DNA of 64,000 nt from Lepidodermella squamata. Taxonomy: Eukaryota; Animalia; Gastrotricha. The stretch covers positions 1,860,001 through 1,924,000 of the forward strand of contig JBLDXI010000003.1 in the NCBI GenBank assembly GCA_047495785.1, in the 5' to 3' direction. The notes below the pieces were generated by a model. It was not told where the DNA came from. It ran no database searches and saw only the letters and a list, made by a program, of their open reading frames with translations. A program made the translations under genes and the position numbers. Below are positions 35,640 to 46,588 of the stretch, one piece after another; within the stretch, counting starts at the first letter, position 1, and the number at the start of each line of letters is the position of its first letter.

Positions 35640-37240
35640 CTACGACACAATCAAAACCGATAAAACTGCGGTCAGCAAGATTGCCAGCAGAGTTATCCCA
35701 CCAAAGACGCCAATGTCAACGATTCGAATAACAGGTATCTTGAGTTGCCGGCTTTGATGACAGATGGTAACTTTCCTCCTTAAATGTTTGAGTCTCGCCA
35801 AATCTGACGTGACGAGGGAGTAAAAGGTGCAGGCAACTCCTATAATTCGATATCCATTCAGCAGCACGCTGACATAAGCAATCTCAGATGTTCGCGGCAG
35901 GGAATCACTAATCGTTGAATAGAGAACAGCATTTGCCAACACAACTATGGAGAAGATATTATAATAAAAATCGTCAAAAATCGATGGTTTCGAACCGGTT
36001 ACACAATACGCTGCCCTGTCATTCTCCTCAGGTGGCATGAACCCGGCTCCAAGTAAGAGGACCAGTAAGCAGATCGATGGGAGGAATATGTTGATGACGT
36101 AGACTTCAGTCTTCCGTCTGAGGTGGAATTTGAAGAAGAAGCGGTCGATACCCAACGCGGGATTGTTGCCATAAACTGCCATATCGTACTGGTAACTGGT
36201 GTTATCAAGAATCCAAAGTTCAGCCTCGCCTATGAAAGTTGTTTTGTTCACAAATATGCCGTCATTGGTCCACAATCTTAGCCATCGTCTTGAATGGAAA
36301 GATTCGAAGTGAAGTGAGCAAACTTGCCGATCGAACGGGAATTTTGTCAATCTTGTAACTTTTGTTAATAGAGCCAGCTTATGTATGAATTAATAGTTTT
36401 ACTCAAGGCTGCAGGATGAGTCAAATGCTGTAACAATGTACCATACAACACGACCATCGTTATTGAACTCGATTTGGGTGATTGCAGCAATACTATGACG
36501 GGTATTTATGAGCTAACTATTAAACACCACTTTCACTAGCACGGTACTACCTTTCCAGAATATTGACGTCTTGAATAGCATTCAGGTGTTGAATGTAAGG
36601 ATGCCACGTTTGCTCGGCTGGGATGAGAACGTGTTCGACTGCAAAATCGCTATCGTTCCATCTTGCGCAAGGATGCTCCCATGACAGATCCAACTCAGCC
36701 ATTAAGCTGAACCTGAGAATGATCATTTAATAAGTTATAAAACAGATTAAGGTGCATAGCGATATTCTACAGTTTGAGAATCCATCGATTTTTGGATGAA
36801 ATATAATATGCCCAAGAAATTGTAGGCTAAATTTTGTTATACACGTCATTCCGTCAGTAGGTGGAATTTTAGCTACATCTGCTCGAAAGAGGTAACTCGC
36901 CTTTTTTTTACTTCCACAAACTGACGGAATGGCGTCATGTAAAACACTTCAACCTAAATTCGAAAACTGATTTTTGTAGTCGAAAATGTTCTCACGTTTG
37001 AAGATAATCGTCCAGTTTCCTGAAGCTGATTCCTGTGAAGGTGATACTGACATTAATAGGCGAGCGGAAAGTTTTTACAGGCCGCGATATCGAATACACG
37101 TTGCATTGGGAGCTCAGGAATCTTTTAACCAGTTCCTCATCGGGAATGTAGTTAGAAAGCGTAGTTAAATCCGAATTCGACTGGGCAAAGTCAGCAAGCA
37201 GTACAAGAATGACTATACCCGCGGGGCGTTTTATCTGCAT
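35640..37240 (-). CDS. Cys-loop ligand-gated ion channel subunit, copy 2, 5 exons
   Basis: Same exon structure as copy 1; Cys-loop CSLELTKFPFDRQVC across the 51-bp intron 36352-36402. Confidence 0.85.
36843..36935. mobile_element. Small hairpin insertion in intron 1 of channel copy 2
   Basis: acgtcattccgtcagt / actgacggaatggcgt inverted arms; absent from the shorter equivalent intron of copy 1. Confidence 0.55.
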
Positions 37241-37569
37241 AATTGGAAGCTATAGTAAAGCCAGGTAGATGAAAACATGAAGCGGCGAAAAATGTATGTG
37301 TGCATTTATTGGCAATCTTTTTTTGATCAGTAACTAAATTCGCATTTCCTCTTCCGTTCGGTCTAATCATAGATTCACCAGAATCAATATGAGAAAAACA
37401 TCGCGCCATTCTGATGATCGACAACTAAGTCTCATAGGACCGTATCTATCGCAATATACACAGCCTGAATTAAACTGAAAATAAATGAAAATAATTCATT
37501 TGACTTTGTATTCAGAGAAGAGACTATAAAACGCTAATTACAAAGAAACTAATAAGTATTGTCAATGTC

Positions 37570-37842
37570 TCATTTAGCACCAATGCTTGACAGGTAGCTG
37601 TAGTAGATGTTGCATTTTTTATTCGTCCAAGTGCAGAAATCAAATCGCTTCTGCTTCATAAAACCGTAGCACTCCTGTTCCGTCTCGATTGTTTTGGGGA
37701 TATCCTTCAATTGAGCGTAGATTACTAGCTGCCCCTCGTTCGCGTATTGAGGAACTTTCTTGTGGAAACATTGACCGTTACCGAAAACCAGAAGGCCATT
37801 GGTTACCATTAACACGAAAATTGCCTGTAAAAATCGCTTCAT
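37570..37842 (-). CDS. Small secreted Cys-containing protein (90 aa), possibly PAN/apple-like
   Basis: Signal peptide; four Cys, TEQECYGF...FCTW...KCNIYY. Confidence 0.6.
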   Translation of the reverse strand: MKRFLQAIFVLMVTNGLLVFGNGQCFHKKVPQYANEGQLVIYAQLKDIPKTIETEQECYGFMKQKRFDFCTWTNKKCNIYYSYLSSIGAK

Positions 37843-38195
37843 CCCAGGCTAAATTAAAATAAAGTAAATCCTTATAAGGCAACAGGCACGGGAAACCGCA
37901 AAAAGGACTTAGAAACTGATACTCTATGCCATACAGGAAAAAGAGTCTCAGAAGTATTTGTGTTCCTCTTCTGTATTAGTACTTTATAATCAAAAGATTG
38001 CACCGGTGTATGAATGCCACATTAGCAGCTTCTACTAGTAATATGCAGAATGTGCTTTGCAAAATACCGGTAGCATAGGCATAGTGGTAGCTGCATAGAT
38101 TTGTTCGCACCAAGGAACTAAAAGGATTAGATAGATGAGTGATGCGTTGTATCCATATCCTTTCCTGGAAATTGGCAAAAGAAATAAAATCCGGT

Positions 38196-38222
38196 CATAG
38201 AGAGGTAACTCTATTCTCTATG
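38196..38222. mobile_element. 27-bp footprint of the same P-like family (TSD aatccggt/aatccgat)
   Basis: catagagaggtaactctattctctatg; right end identical to that of the 26076-26133 footprint. Confidence 0.7.
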
Positions 38223-38406
38223 AATCCGATATAACTGATTGTTCATGACCACTGTCCACTGATAAGCTTATCGTAAAATGAGTTTTGAAAACAACAAAAC
38301 ACCTGTCGTATGCATTGAGGTAGATTTTTATTTCTTATTACAGCCTAAGTCTTGGTTCCAACACGGGATAACACATTACTCACAATTGATAAGTCATCGA
38401 AACATT

Positions 38407-40056
38407 CTATTTAGCCACAATAGTTGCCGCATGAACAGCCTGGGCTCGACCAGACGGGTCAGCTGACGTCCCCCAATCAGTTCGCGGAATCCAACGCTTG
38501 ACGGTCGTAACAGGAGCCGCGCCAGGGAAAAGCTGTTCGAACAGTTCACGGTAGTAAAAAGCCTCCTTCGACATAGGGGTATCCAACGGGAAAATCATGG
38601 CAGCGTTCTGGAAACGCTCGTCGCTAACAGCTTTTTCAGTGTATTCTTTCAGAGAATCAATCCAGTTGTAGCCAACGCCGTCGGAAAACTGTTCCTTCTG
38701 ACGCCACAATACTTCGTCCGGCAGGTAGGGTTGCCCCAAAGAGTTGTTACAATCAAAAGCTTTGCGTAGAATGTACTTCTCAATACGACCAGGGACACAC
38801 ATTTTTTCCTGAGGGTCCGTTTCCATGACTACGTCGAGGAAAGCTCGGTCCAGGAAAGGAACTCGAGCCTCAACGCCCCAAGCCATGGTTGACTTATTGG
38901 CGCGAAGGCAGTCGGATAAATGAAGATTCTTAACGCGAGAAACGCATTCTTTATGCAGAGAGGCAGCATCAGGAGCAGCGTGGAAGTATAGGTAACCACC
39001 GAAAATCTCGTCTGAGCCTTCACCAGACAGGACCATCTTAACACCCAGAGCTTTGATATGTCTTGCGAGAAAGAACATTGGTGTACTAGCTCGGATTGTC
39101 GTGACGTCGTAAGACTCGAGATGATAGATGATATCAGCCAACATGTCGATACCCTCTTGAATCGTGAAGTTGAACTCGTAGTGGCGGGTTCCAAGATACT
39201 CAGCAACCTTCCTGGCAGCAATAAGATCCGGAGCGTTCGGTAGTCCGATCGAAAACGTCATGAGTTGCTCGTTCTTAGTCTGGCTCCGGATGACTTCGTG
39301 AGCCACAGCTGTGACCAAGCTTGAGTCTAAGCCGCCGGATAACAGACAGCCAAATGGGACTTCACTCATCATTTGAGAGGTTACAGCATGGATGAAAGAG
39401 TTGCGTAACCGGTCGTAGTCACAGGGTGCCGATGGAATGTACTCAGGGTCAACGAACCACTTCGGGGTGTAATATTGGGTGTACCCTGGCTTAGCGCTCC
39501 AGTAGTAGTGACCAGGTGGGAAAGACATGATCCTCTCGCAGCTCTTCAAGCATTTCATCTCAGATGCAAACCAGACCGAACCATCCTTCGCCCAGCCCTG
39601 GTACAACGGGCAAATTCCAATATGGTCCCTGGCAACCAGGTAATTCCCGCTGCCGTCATATAGCACAAAAGCGAAAATTCCGTCAATATAACGAAATAAG
39701 TCGGTTTTCATTTCCTCGTACAAGTGGAGGATAACTTCACAGTCGGATTTAGTTTCAAAGTTGTCGATATGATGCGACAAGACGGTTTCTTTCAGGCGGA
39801 TGTAGTTGTAAATTTCGCCATTAACGCAGAGGGATGCTTTGCTGTGTTTTGAGGTCATCGGCTGCGACCCACTCGTGATTCCGATGATTGAAAGACGCTC
39901 GTGGGCCATGCCACTTTCGCCATCTGGAAAGATAAGGACACCGCTCCAATCTGGGCCTCGGTGTCGCTGAAGCTTGGACACGTGCTTCAGCATGTGCCGC
40001 AGCTCCAAGGCATTGCCTGTTTTCTTATAATTGAAAACAGCCAAAATTCCACACAT
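38407..40056 (-). CDS. ASNS: Asparagine synthetase, glutamine-hydrolysing (549 aa, intronless)
   Basis: MCGI Ntn start, RHRGPD, NGEIYN, LLSGGLDSSLV, GEGSDEIFGGYLYFH, EARVPFLD, WRQKEQFSDGVG, DPSGRA. Confidence 0.97.
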   Translation of the reverse strand: MCGILAVFNYKKTGNALELRHMLKHVSKLQRHRGPDWSGVLIFPDGESGMAHERLSIIGITSGSQPMTSKHSKASLCVNGEIYNYIRLKETVLSHHIDNFETKSDCEVILHLYEEMKTDLFRYIDGIFAFVLYDGSGNYLVARDHIGICPLYQGWAKDGSVWFASEMKCLKSCERIMSFPPGHYYWSAKPGYTQYYTPKWFVDPEYIPSAPCDYDRLRNSFIHAVTSQMMSEVPFGCLLSGGLDSSLVTAVAHEVIRSQTKNEQLMTFSIGLPNAPDLIAARKVAEYLGTRHYEFNFTIQEGIDMLADIIYHLESYDVTTIRASTPMFFLARHIKALGVKMVLSGEGSDEIFGGYLYFHAAPDAASLHKECVSRVKNLHLSDCLRANKSTMAWGVEARVPFLDRAFLDVVMETDPQEKMCVPGRIEKYILRKAFDCNNSLGQPYLPDEVLWRQKEQFSDGVGYNWIDSLKEYTEKAVSDERFQNAAMIFPLDTPMSKEAFYYRELFEQLFPGAAPVTTVKRWIPRTDWGTSADPSGRAQAVHAATIVAK

Positions 40057-40440
40057 CTTGCCTAGTCAGAAAAAAACAAAATGATCGTAAAATGTGTATA
40101 GCAGAATTCGTCTGAATTTTCTCGGTACAGTCCGAGTGCGTTTCTAATATGGGGTATCAGCCTTTGATGTATAATGAAAAGTTGTATTTTTATGGCGGCT
40201 TCATCGCGAGCAGGTGAGTAAAAAGAGTTGTTTTGAAAAAAAACAAAATTTCTATGCTGAAGTCATTTATTAATAATATAAATTACTAAGACGTGATAAG
40301 AAATGTGCACTGGCCGGTTCACGTCCACTTACAAAAGGTACTGCAATGCTTTGCACAGCTGCTATTTGTTGTTCTCTAACGAGCCTTTAGCTTCGTAAAT
40401 AAACCAGTAACCAGTACTTACTAAGTAATTAAGGCAATAA

Positions 40441-41195
40441 AGCCTGGCTCACAAATCATTGCTTAACTGCTTAATGCTTATTGCTTATTAGTTGATGCTT
40501 AATGCTTAAAATTTTGTGACCATTTCATAAATAGATGCTCATTGCTTTTATTGAGCATTGCTCTAAGCATTGCTCAAAATTTACCTTGTGAAGTTGAGCA
40601 TTGCTTACAACTTGAGCAGTCGACAAGCATGCACGTGATTGGTTGGTTTGCGCGCGCAAAAGAGCAAGCTATCTGAAATCACTATAATTGACAAGTAAAA
40701 AAGTGGTTTAGCGTTATTTTTTACAAATTGAGATTTCGTTGTAACTTTCCAGATCATTGAATGACAAGTCGATTGAGATCAAGACTTAACCTAAAATCGC
40801 CAGGGTTGCTGAGAAATAGGCTGAGAAATAGGCATGCAAAGGAACGCATCAAATCGGCTAAATTATGGAAATTCGTGCTTTACTACCAATTTCAATTTTT
40901 TCCTTCATTCCTGAGAATTTTTCATATCATTAGATAGCTCTTAGCAATGCGCATTCAGCTGTTAGGTTATTTTTGCATAACAAAGTAAATGCATCATAGT
41001 TTTGGCCCCTACAAGATGGGCTGCGATTTCATCACGCTTCTTTCTCTGCTATTTTTGAGTTGTGAAAAGCGAATGCACCAATGCTTAAAAGGTAAGCAGT
41101 GTCTCCAATGCTTAAAACCCCTTTGCTTAAAGCATAGTGCTTGTTGCTTATTGCTTATTGCTTAATACTTAAAGCAACGATTTGTGAGCCAGGCT
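40441..41195. mobile_element. PIF/Harbinger-type MITE (755 bp)
   Basis: TIR agcctggctcacaaatc(a/g)ttgctt, TAA on both flanks, internal TGCTTA repeats. Confidence 0.8.
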
Positions 41196-41750
41196 TAACA
41201 TAATGAACGAAGGCTGAATCGAAACAGTTTCATGAATTAATGCTCTGTGAATCATTTCCTTCAATGTATCGTGGATTCATATTCATCCCGCATGTTGAAA
41301 CAGTTAAACTGATGTGTGTTCAATTAACAACGCAATGAAATTATTACGGGTTATTATAAAGAAAAGAACCGAAGAACCGAGAAGAACCTGTAATGCAATG
41401 GGGTCAAATGGCTTTTTCAATGTTTTTTCTGGGGTTGGCTGTGCTCGAACTCTGTCTGGGACAATTACAACTGTAATGTACACGGTTATTTTGCGAAAGC
41501 CTATGAGAATACATGCTTTCACGTGGGTAACTTTTCCCATGTTCAATCTCATTATAACCGGCAGTTGAGTGAACCGATCGGGTTCGACTTATTTTTTGGG
41601 CAGCGTGTTAATCTCGACGGAATCACTGGCCCGTGCGTGTTTTTTACTGCATCGAGATAAGCGAAGGTAATGGGGTTTGAAAAAGCGAAAAAACTAGTTA
41701 ATGACCTCAAAAACAAACGAAAGTCGCAAGAATATAGGGCATAAACCCAA

Positions 41751-42851
41751 ATGAAGTTGGCAAGTTTTATCGGAATTTTCGCGGCTATTGCAGCCATATC
41801 ATTGGTAACAAGATTCCTTTTTTAGTTCAAAAACTGAATTAACTAGCACAACTCGTTGAATTATTAGGGTGTCAAGTTCGAAGGAGGGGTAACTTATCAC
41901 CACGAGCACTTGAATGAATTCCACTCAGGATCTGGAGATGACTTTGGAGCCGCGATCGATCGGGATTTCGCACAAATGGCGCAGTATTTCACTTACATCC
42001 GAACGATGTACGCGCCCAAGAAAAAGACTCCGCAAACATTCGCTCAAATGGCCTCGAAATACGGCCTGAAGCTGTTTTTGGGAATCCATGTTACGACCGG
42101 CACTTGGAACCTGGACCAGTTCGATACAGCTATAGAATCTGCTGTAAACAATCGATCTGTTATAGAGGCTATAATCGTCGGAAATTCTGACTTCCCATCG
42201 CCTAATAATGCCGACAAAATCATAACGGAAATTTCAAAGCTGCGGAAGAACTTGACCAGCCAATTCATCTTCGTGCCAATTGGAACGTCACAGACGGTTG
42301 ATTCTTGGCTGCCCAAGGACCAAAAGAAACTCGCCGATGCAAGAAAGCTAGCCGATGCCTGCGATTTCATCGGAGTGAGCATTTACCCGTTTGAAATGGA
42401 GGGTTACTCGCATGAGAATCCTCATGATCTCCTGACAATTGAATGGAACCGAATGATAGATTCCGGCCACTATCCCGCTGAAAAGTTGGTCCTAACTGAA
42501 ACAGCCTGGCCAACAAATGGCACGAATCTGTCGAAATCTGGCAATGCTGGCAACATTACAGCCGCTGCTAATTTCTACCGAGGCCTTCGGTCATGGGAAC
42601 CTTCGCGCGGTACGGGCGGTAAACCAGCGTTCTGGTACTACTTCTACGATAGCAATCCCAAAAATGGTGCGACATTTTATCATAGCTTTTATGGATTCCG
42701 CACGTATGATGGTAAGGAGAAGCCCGACTCTCCTCATGACTTTCCGCTTCCTTTGAAAGATCCTGAATCAGCGGCACAACATAGCTCGGCGCCTAAACAA
42801 AAATCGATCTTTGCCCTTATCTTGCTCGCAATTCTTAGCTTGGTGATGTAA
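41751..42851 (+). CDS. GH17 beta-1,3-glucanase-like protein, secreted and probably GPI-anchored (345 aa; exons 41751-41804, 41868-42851)
   Basis: Signal-peptide exon; DFAQM..YFTYIRT, IIVGN, DFIGVSIYPF, VLTETAWPT; hydrophobic C-terminal tail. Confidence 0.85.
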
Positions 42852-43723
42852 GGCTCTGTATAATCCCTTCGACCAATCGAACTAGACAGCACAGGACTTT
42901 GCGAAATCCTTTGAAATCTTCCTGACCTAGTAAATAAAACATTGCAATGGTTGATAATGACTTGTTTATTTAAAAAACGAACAATCACTGCGATCCTCCC
43001 GTCGCCCTCCATAATCGTTATAATTATCAATAGTCATCCGCAGCGTTACAACACGTAAGTAAAGTACAAAGTATGCGTAAGAATATAAATTTACATATAT
43101 TAATTCCAAAAAATTCTGATTATTTTTATGCGAAATAATAATAATGTTTTAGCGGTTGAGATCTTTTGTTTAGGTTAGAATGACTTTGGCACTAGAGTTT
43201 GCGTTCAGTTTTGCGCGGGAAAAATTGTGCAAGATACCAGGTAAATACACTCGGCAACAACATCGAAAAAATCTCAAATTTTCGATACAACATTATTTTG
43301 AATCGTTACTGACGCGAATATTAGATGATTTCAAAACATTCAATTTATAATTCGCTAAAAATGAAGACGAGATTATTTGATATACCGATCAACACATAGC
43401 CACGGCTGATTATGCTAGTTGTAGAACATCAAAATTACTATAGAGCCAAATACTTTTCGAAAAAGCTATAAGTTTAATTGAAATGCAACAGTTATCGCAG
43501 CAGTTTTAGTTATGTTTTCGGGTTAGAGGCTTTTCATTTCAAATTGTGTCCATTCAATATAGTGAAACAGGGGTTTTCAATTTCAACTGAAATCCTAGCC
43601 TAGTTAGTTTTCCTAATTCGAAAATTGCTACATAATAATATCGGGAGGTAAACATATCGATCCTCCATCTGCTGGAACAACCAAAAGAGCACCTTGCTCG
43701 GTCTTAACTGGTTCAATCATAGC

Positions 43724-45377
43724 CTAGAGTGAGGAGATTAGAAACCACCGTGGCACCAAGATCGTCGCAACTGTCACAACGAAGGATAACGCTATTTGAG
43801 GGTCGAATCGAGGGGCGGTGCTTGACGCACCAACGGTGCCGAATTTTCGCATGTCCGAGTCACTGGTTGTGCCAGAACTGCTGGCTTCTGTCGCTCCTAG
43901 GCCCCACCAAACCACGCTTCGTTGCTCGTCAGGTGGCGGCTTTCGGCCAGGCTTGCGACCCTCCTCTGGGACGGCTTCGTAGTGCAGTGTAAAACCTTTG
44001 AACTAATGTGATTTTCGCGTTGAAAAAGCAGTGTAAGGAAGAAAATTGCGAATGAACCAACCTCAGAAGTGCTGTCAGTAACAAAACGTAACATAGTATC
44101 ACCGTCAGTGAAGAGGCTGTTGCAGATTGAATTGCAGTCCTACAAGTACAAAGGAATGCAGTGGCACTGTTCGAGAATATCGGAAACGTTTGGAGTTAGA
44201 GATTTTTTAGGGTGGACCTTTGAAAATGGGATGATACTTTCTCACTCATCCAAAGTATGAAAGCTAGAGACAACCCCGTTTATGGCACCAAGTTCCACCT
44301 TGGCAACGCTGAACTAAGAGTACCACATTGGTTTGTTAATGCATTGGGGATAACTGATCAAACCCTCAAACGATGATACTATAGCCGGAAAATTGAAAAT
44401 CCAAGTTACTTACAGACTGCCCTAAACTGCCTTCATGATCACATAAATGAATCCTTTTTAGAAAGCCCACTGTTTCCCAATGTAGCCCTAATGCCAGGAT
44501 TAGGGATCTTGTAGGGGAACCCCAGGCGCCTGAGAAGCATATCTGCAAACTGGGCTCTAGTATAATCTCAGGGGTGATACAGGGTTCAGGGTTTAGGGTG
44601 AGCTTAGTGAAAGGTTTGTCTTCCTGCTTTGATAATGCTCGGATGACGTCACCAAAACTCACGTCCAAGGACGTCCAAGGGTCCCAAATATCTTTAGCGG
44701 TCATTTTTTAATAGACCTTTCTAGTTTCAGTTAAACTTACAGTAATGCCGCAAAAAATATGCGATGTGTTTTTGGGTCGTTCATTGGCCGAAAATGAAGC
44801 GTTGTAGATAACAAGGCCGTCCGATCGGCATATGCCATCGTTACCGGGGTCTTGCAGGTGCAGCATGTTTTTGAAAGTAAGTCTGCGAAAAATCCTCTTT
44901 AAAATCAAAACGCGATCTCATCTCGAAAAAAGCCAACCTGATGGGATGTTGCGAACGGAGAAGGATGAAGCAGTCCTGGTTAGGCAAGTAATTTTGAGTT
45001 GTAGGATCTCGATAAGAGTGGATGATGCCGCCATTCGGCGCCACTTGTATGGTTTGGTTACACACAGAATTGACGGGCGCAGCTCTCGAACTCAGGTCAG
45101 AGGCGCCTTTCGCCGAGGAGCCGGCCGACTGCTTTCGAGCATTGCTGACCGTCGAGGCTTTCGGCTTGGCAGTATTGCTGCCGACGGACCGCTTTGGTTG
45201 CACCGTGTTCTCGATTGCCGCCTTCCGCGTTACAACTTGCTTCTCTTCTGGATAATAAGACAAAACACTCATTAGACACAAAGATGGCGTTGTAGAGCTA
45301 AAATTGATTGCGTATGTCACAACTGACTCTGGCATCAAAATGCTGAAAACGATTATACTAAGCAAAATGTAAATCAT
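43724..45377 (-). CDS. CUB-domain protein with C-terminal hydrophobic (GPI/TM) tail, at least 4 exons
   Basis: Spliced path: CNQTI...NYLPNQDC...HPIR|LTFK...CRSDGLVIY...FCGIT|DC...MLRFVTDSTSE|FKGFTLHYEAV...ALSFVVTVATILV. Confidence 0.7.
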
Positions 45378-45758
45378 TCCAGGAACTACCCGGAAACATA
45401 ACTAACAAAACCAAGTGTCCGAAACGAAAAAGTCTGGTAATTCCCGAAGAGAAATGTCTGCCTCTAATTCGGAAGTATCAAGTATCGCGTAGATCAAAAA
45501 CTGGAAAATTCATTCATAATAACATTTTTACGATTATGCTCGTGCGAATTCATGTCCTTTCGTCTCAGCTATTTACGGTAGTTCGTGTTCTGTGGTAAAT
45601 ATATCGAAATTCCCCGCGGCTTTACTGGAATTTTGCCCTGGATATGTGAAACAGGAATGGAATTTGCCATTCTCGTGCTTTGAGTGCAAATGGCCAGCTT
45701 TCCAAACAATCGAAAGGTTTCGTGTAAAATCGCGACTCATTCGTAGTTCACTATAAAT

Positions 45759-46489
45759 TCACCCATTTGGAAAAGTGGGACATCTTAAGCTGTCTTCAAG
45801 TTTTTCTAGAATGGCCCAGCGAAATGAAACCTCTGAATTTCTCTTAAATAAGCACGAAAAATGATCCTACTCTTGAATCGGAGCATGAAGCCTTTCCCTT
45901 CATTGGTCGCATCCGTCCTGAATCGGATCAGCGTGTAACCAGGCTTCGTTAAAATCGGCTGATGCGGAGTCGAATTGCCGCAAACAGTCACATTCGGCAT
46001 TTGAAGCGACGAACTCCGACCAGCGTGGTGCTGCTGGTAGTTGTCGAAAATCTGAACCGCATCATAGCGGCAACCTTGACTCGGCTCGATGTCCAGCTGC
46101 GTGAACTCCAGCCGAACCGGGGCGTCGCTTCGAAGCAACCACCGGCAATCTTCATTCCGCCGGTAGTTGCCAGTTCGCAGCGAGACAGGACTCCGTATCA
46201 CGTGATCGATAGTTTGCTCCTGTTCATCGCCAACCAGCGAGATTTTGTGAACAGACGACGACCGGCATCTTTGGTGGTCATCGATCGCTAGCGCTTTCGC
46301 GTTTGAGTACTGGTGATTAGGTAGCCCGGTTGATGCGATCACTTTTTGGTTGTTGTTGTTGTTGAACAATGGCGCAACAGGGACTTCTCGAGACCGCGCG
46401 ACTTCTTTAGCTGAGACGTGGTTGATAGCGATGAGCGAAATAATAAAGGAAGAGCGGCATAACCGCCTGACGAAACTTTCACGTGTCAT
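45759..46489 (-). CDS. Secreted CUB-domain protein
   Basis: NYRRNEDCRWLL...LEFTQLDIE...CRYDAVQIFD...VCG...IRFRTDATNEGKGFMLRF. The short last exon is inferred; unspliced, the stop would be at 45806. Confidence 0.8.
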
Positions 46490-46542
46490 GTCCGAATGCG
46501 GCTTGGTAAGACACCGCAATGAAATAAATGCATTTAATCCAG

Positions 46543-46588
46543 TATTTATAGGAATTCTATGAAATGATAAGTCAAAGGTCAAAGGTCA
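46543..46588 (-). promoter_or_regulatory. TATA box + GATA site + tandem DR1 nuclear-receptor element
   Basis: AAGTCA-a-AGGTCA-a-AGGTCA (46569-46588), tgataag overlapping it, TATAAATA on the minus strand (46543-46550), just upstream of the CUB ATG. Confidence 0.5.

Noticed and set aside
35945-35997. Apparent 17-aa insertion within M2 of channel copy 2
   Set aside because: It is a stop-free intron of length 3n at the same position as the intron in copy 1.
38407-42851. Microbial contamination as the source of ASNS and GH17
   Set aside because: They are contiguous with host MITEs and intron-containing animal genes, and GH17 itself has a host-style intron. Read-level confirmation is still needed.
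44580-44602. Telomere-like gggttcaggggtttagggt
   Set aside because: Only two or three degenerate units, not an array.
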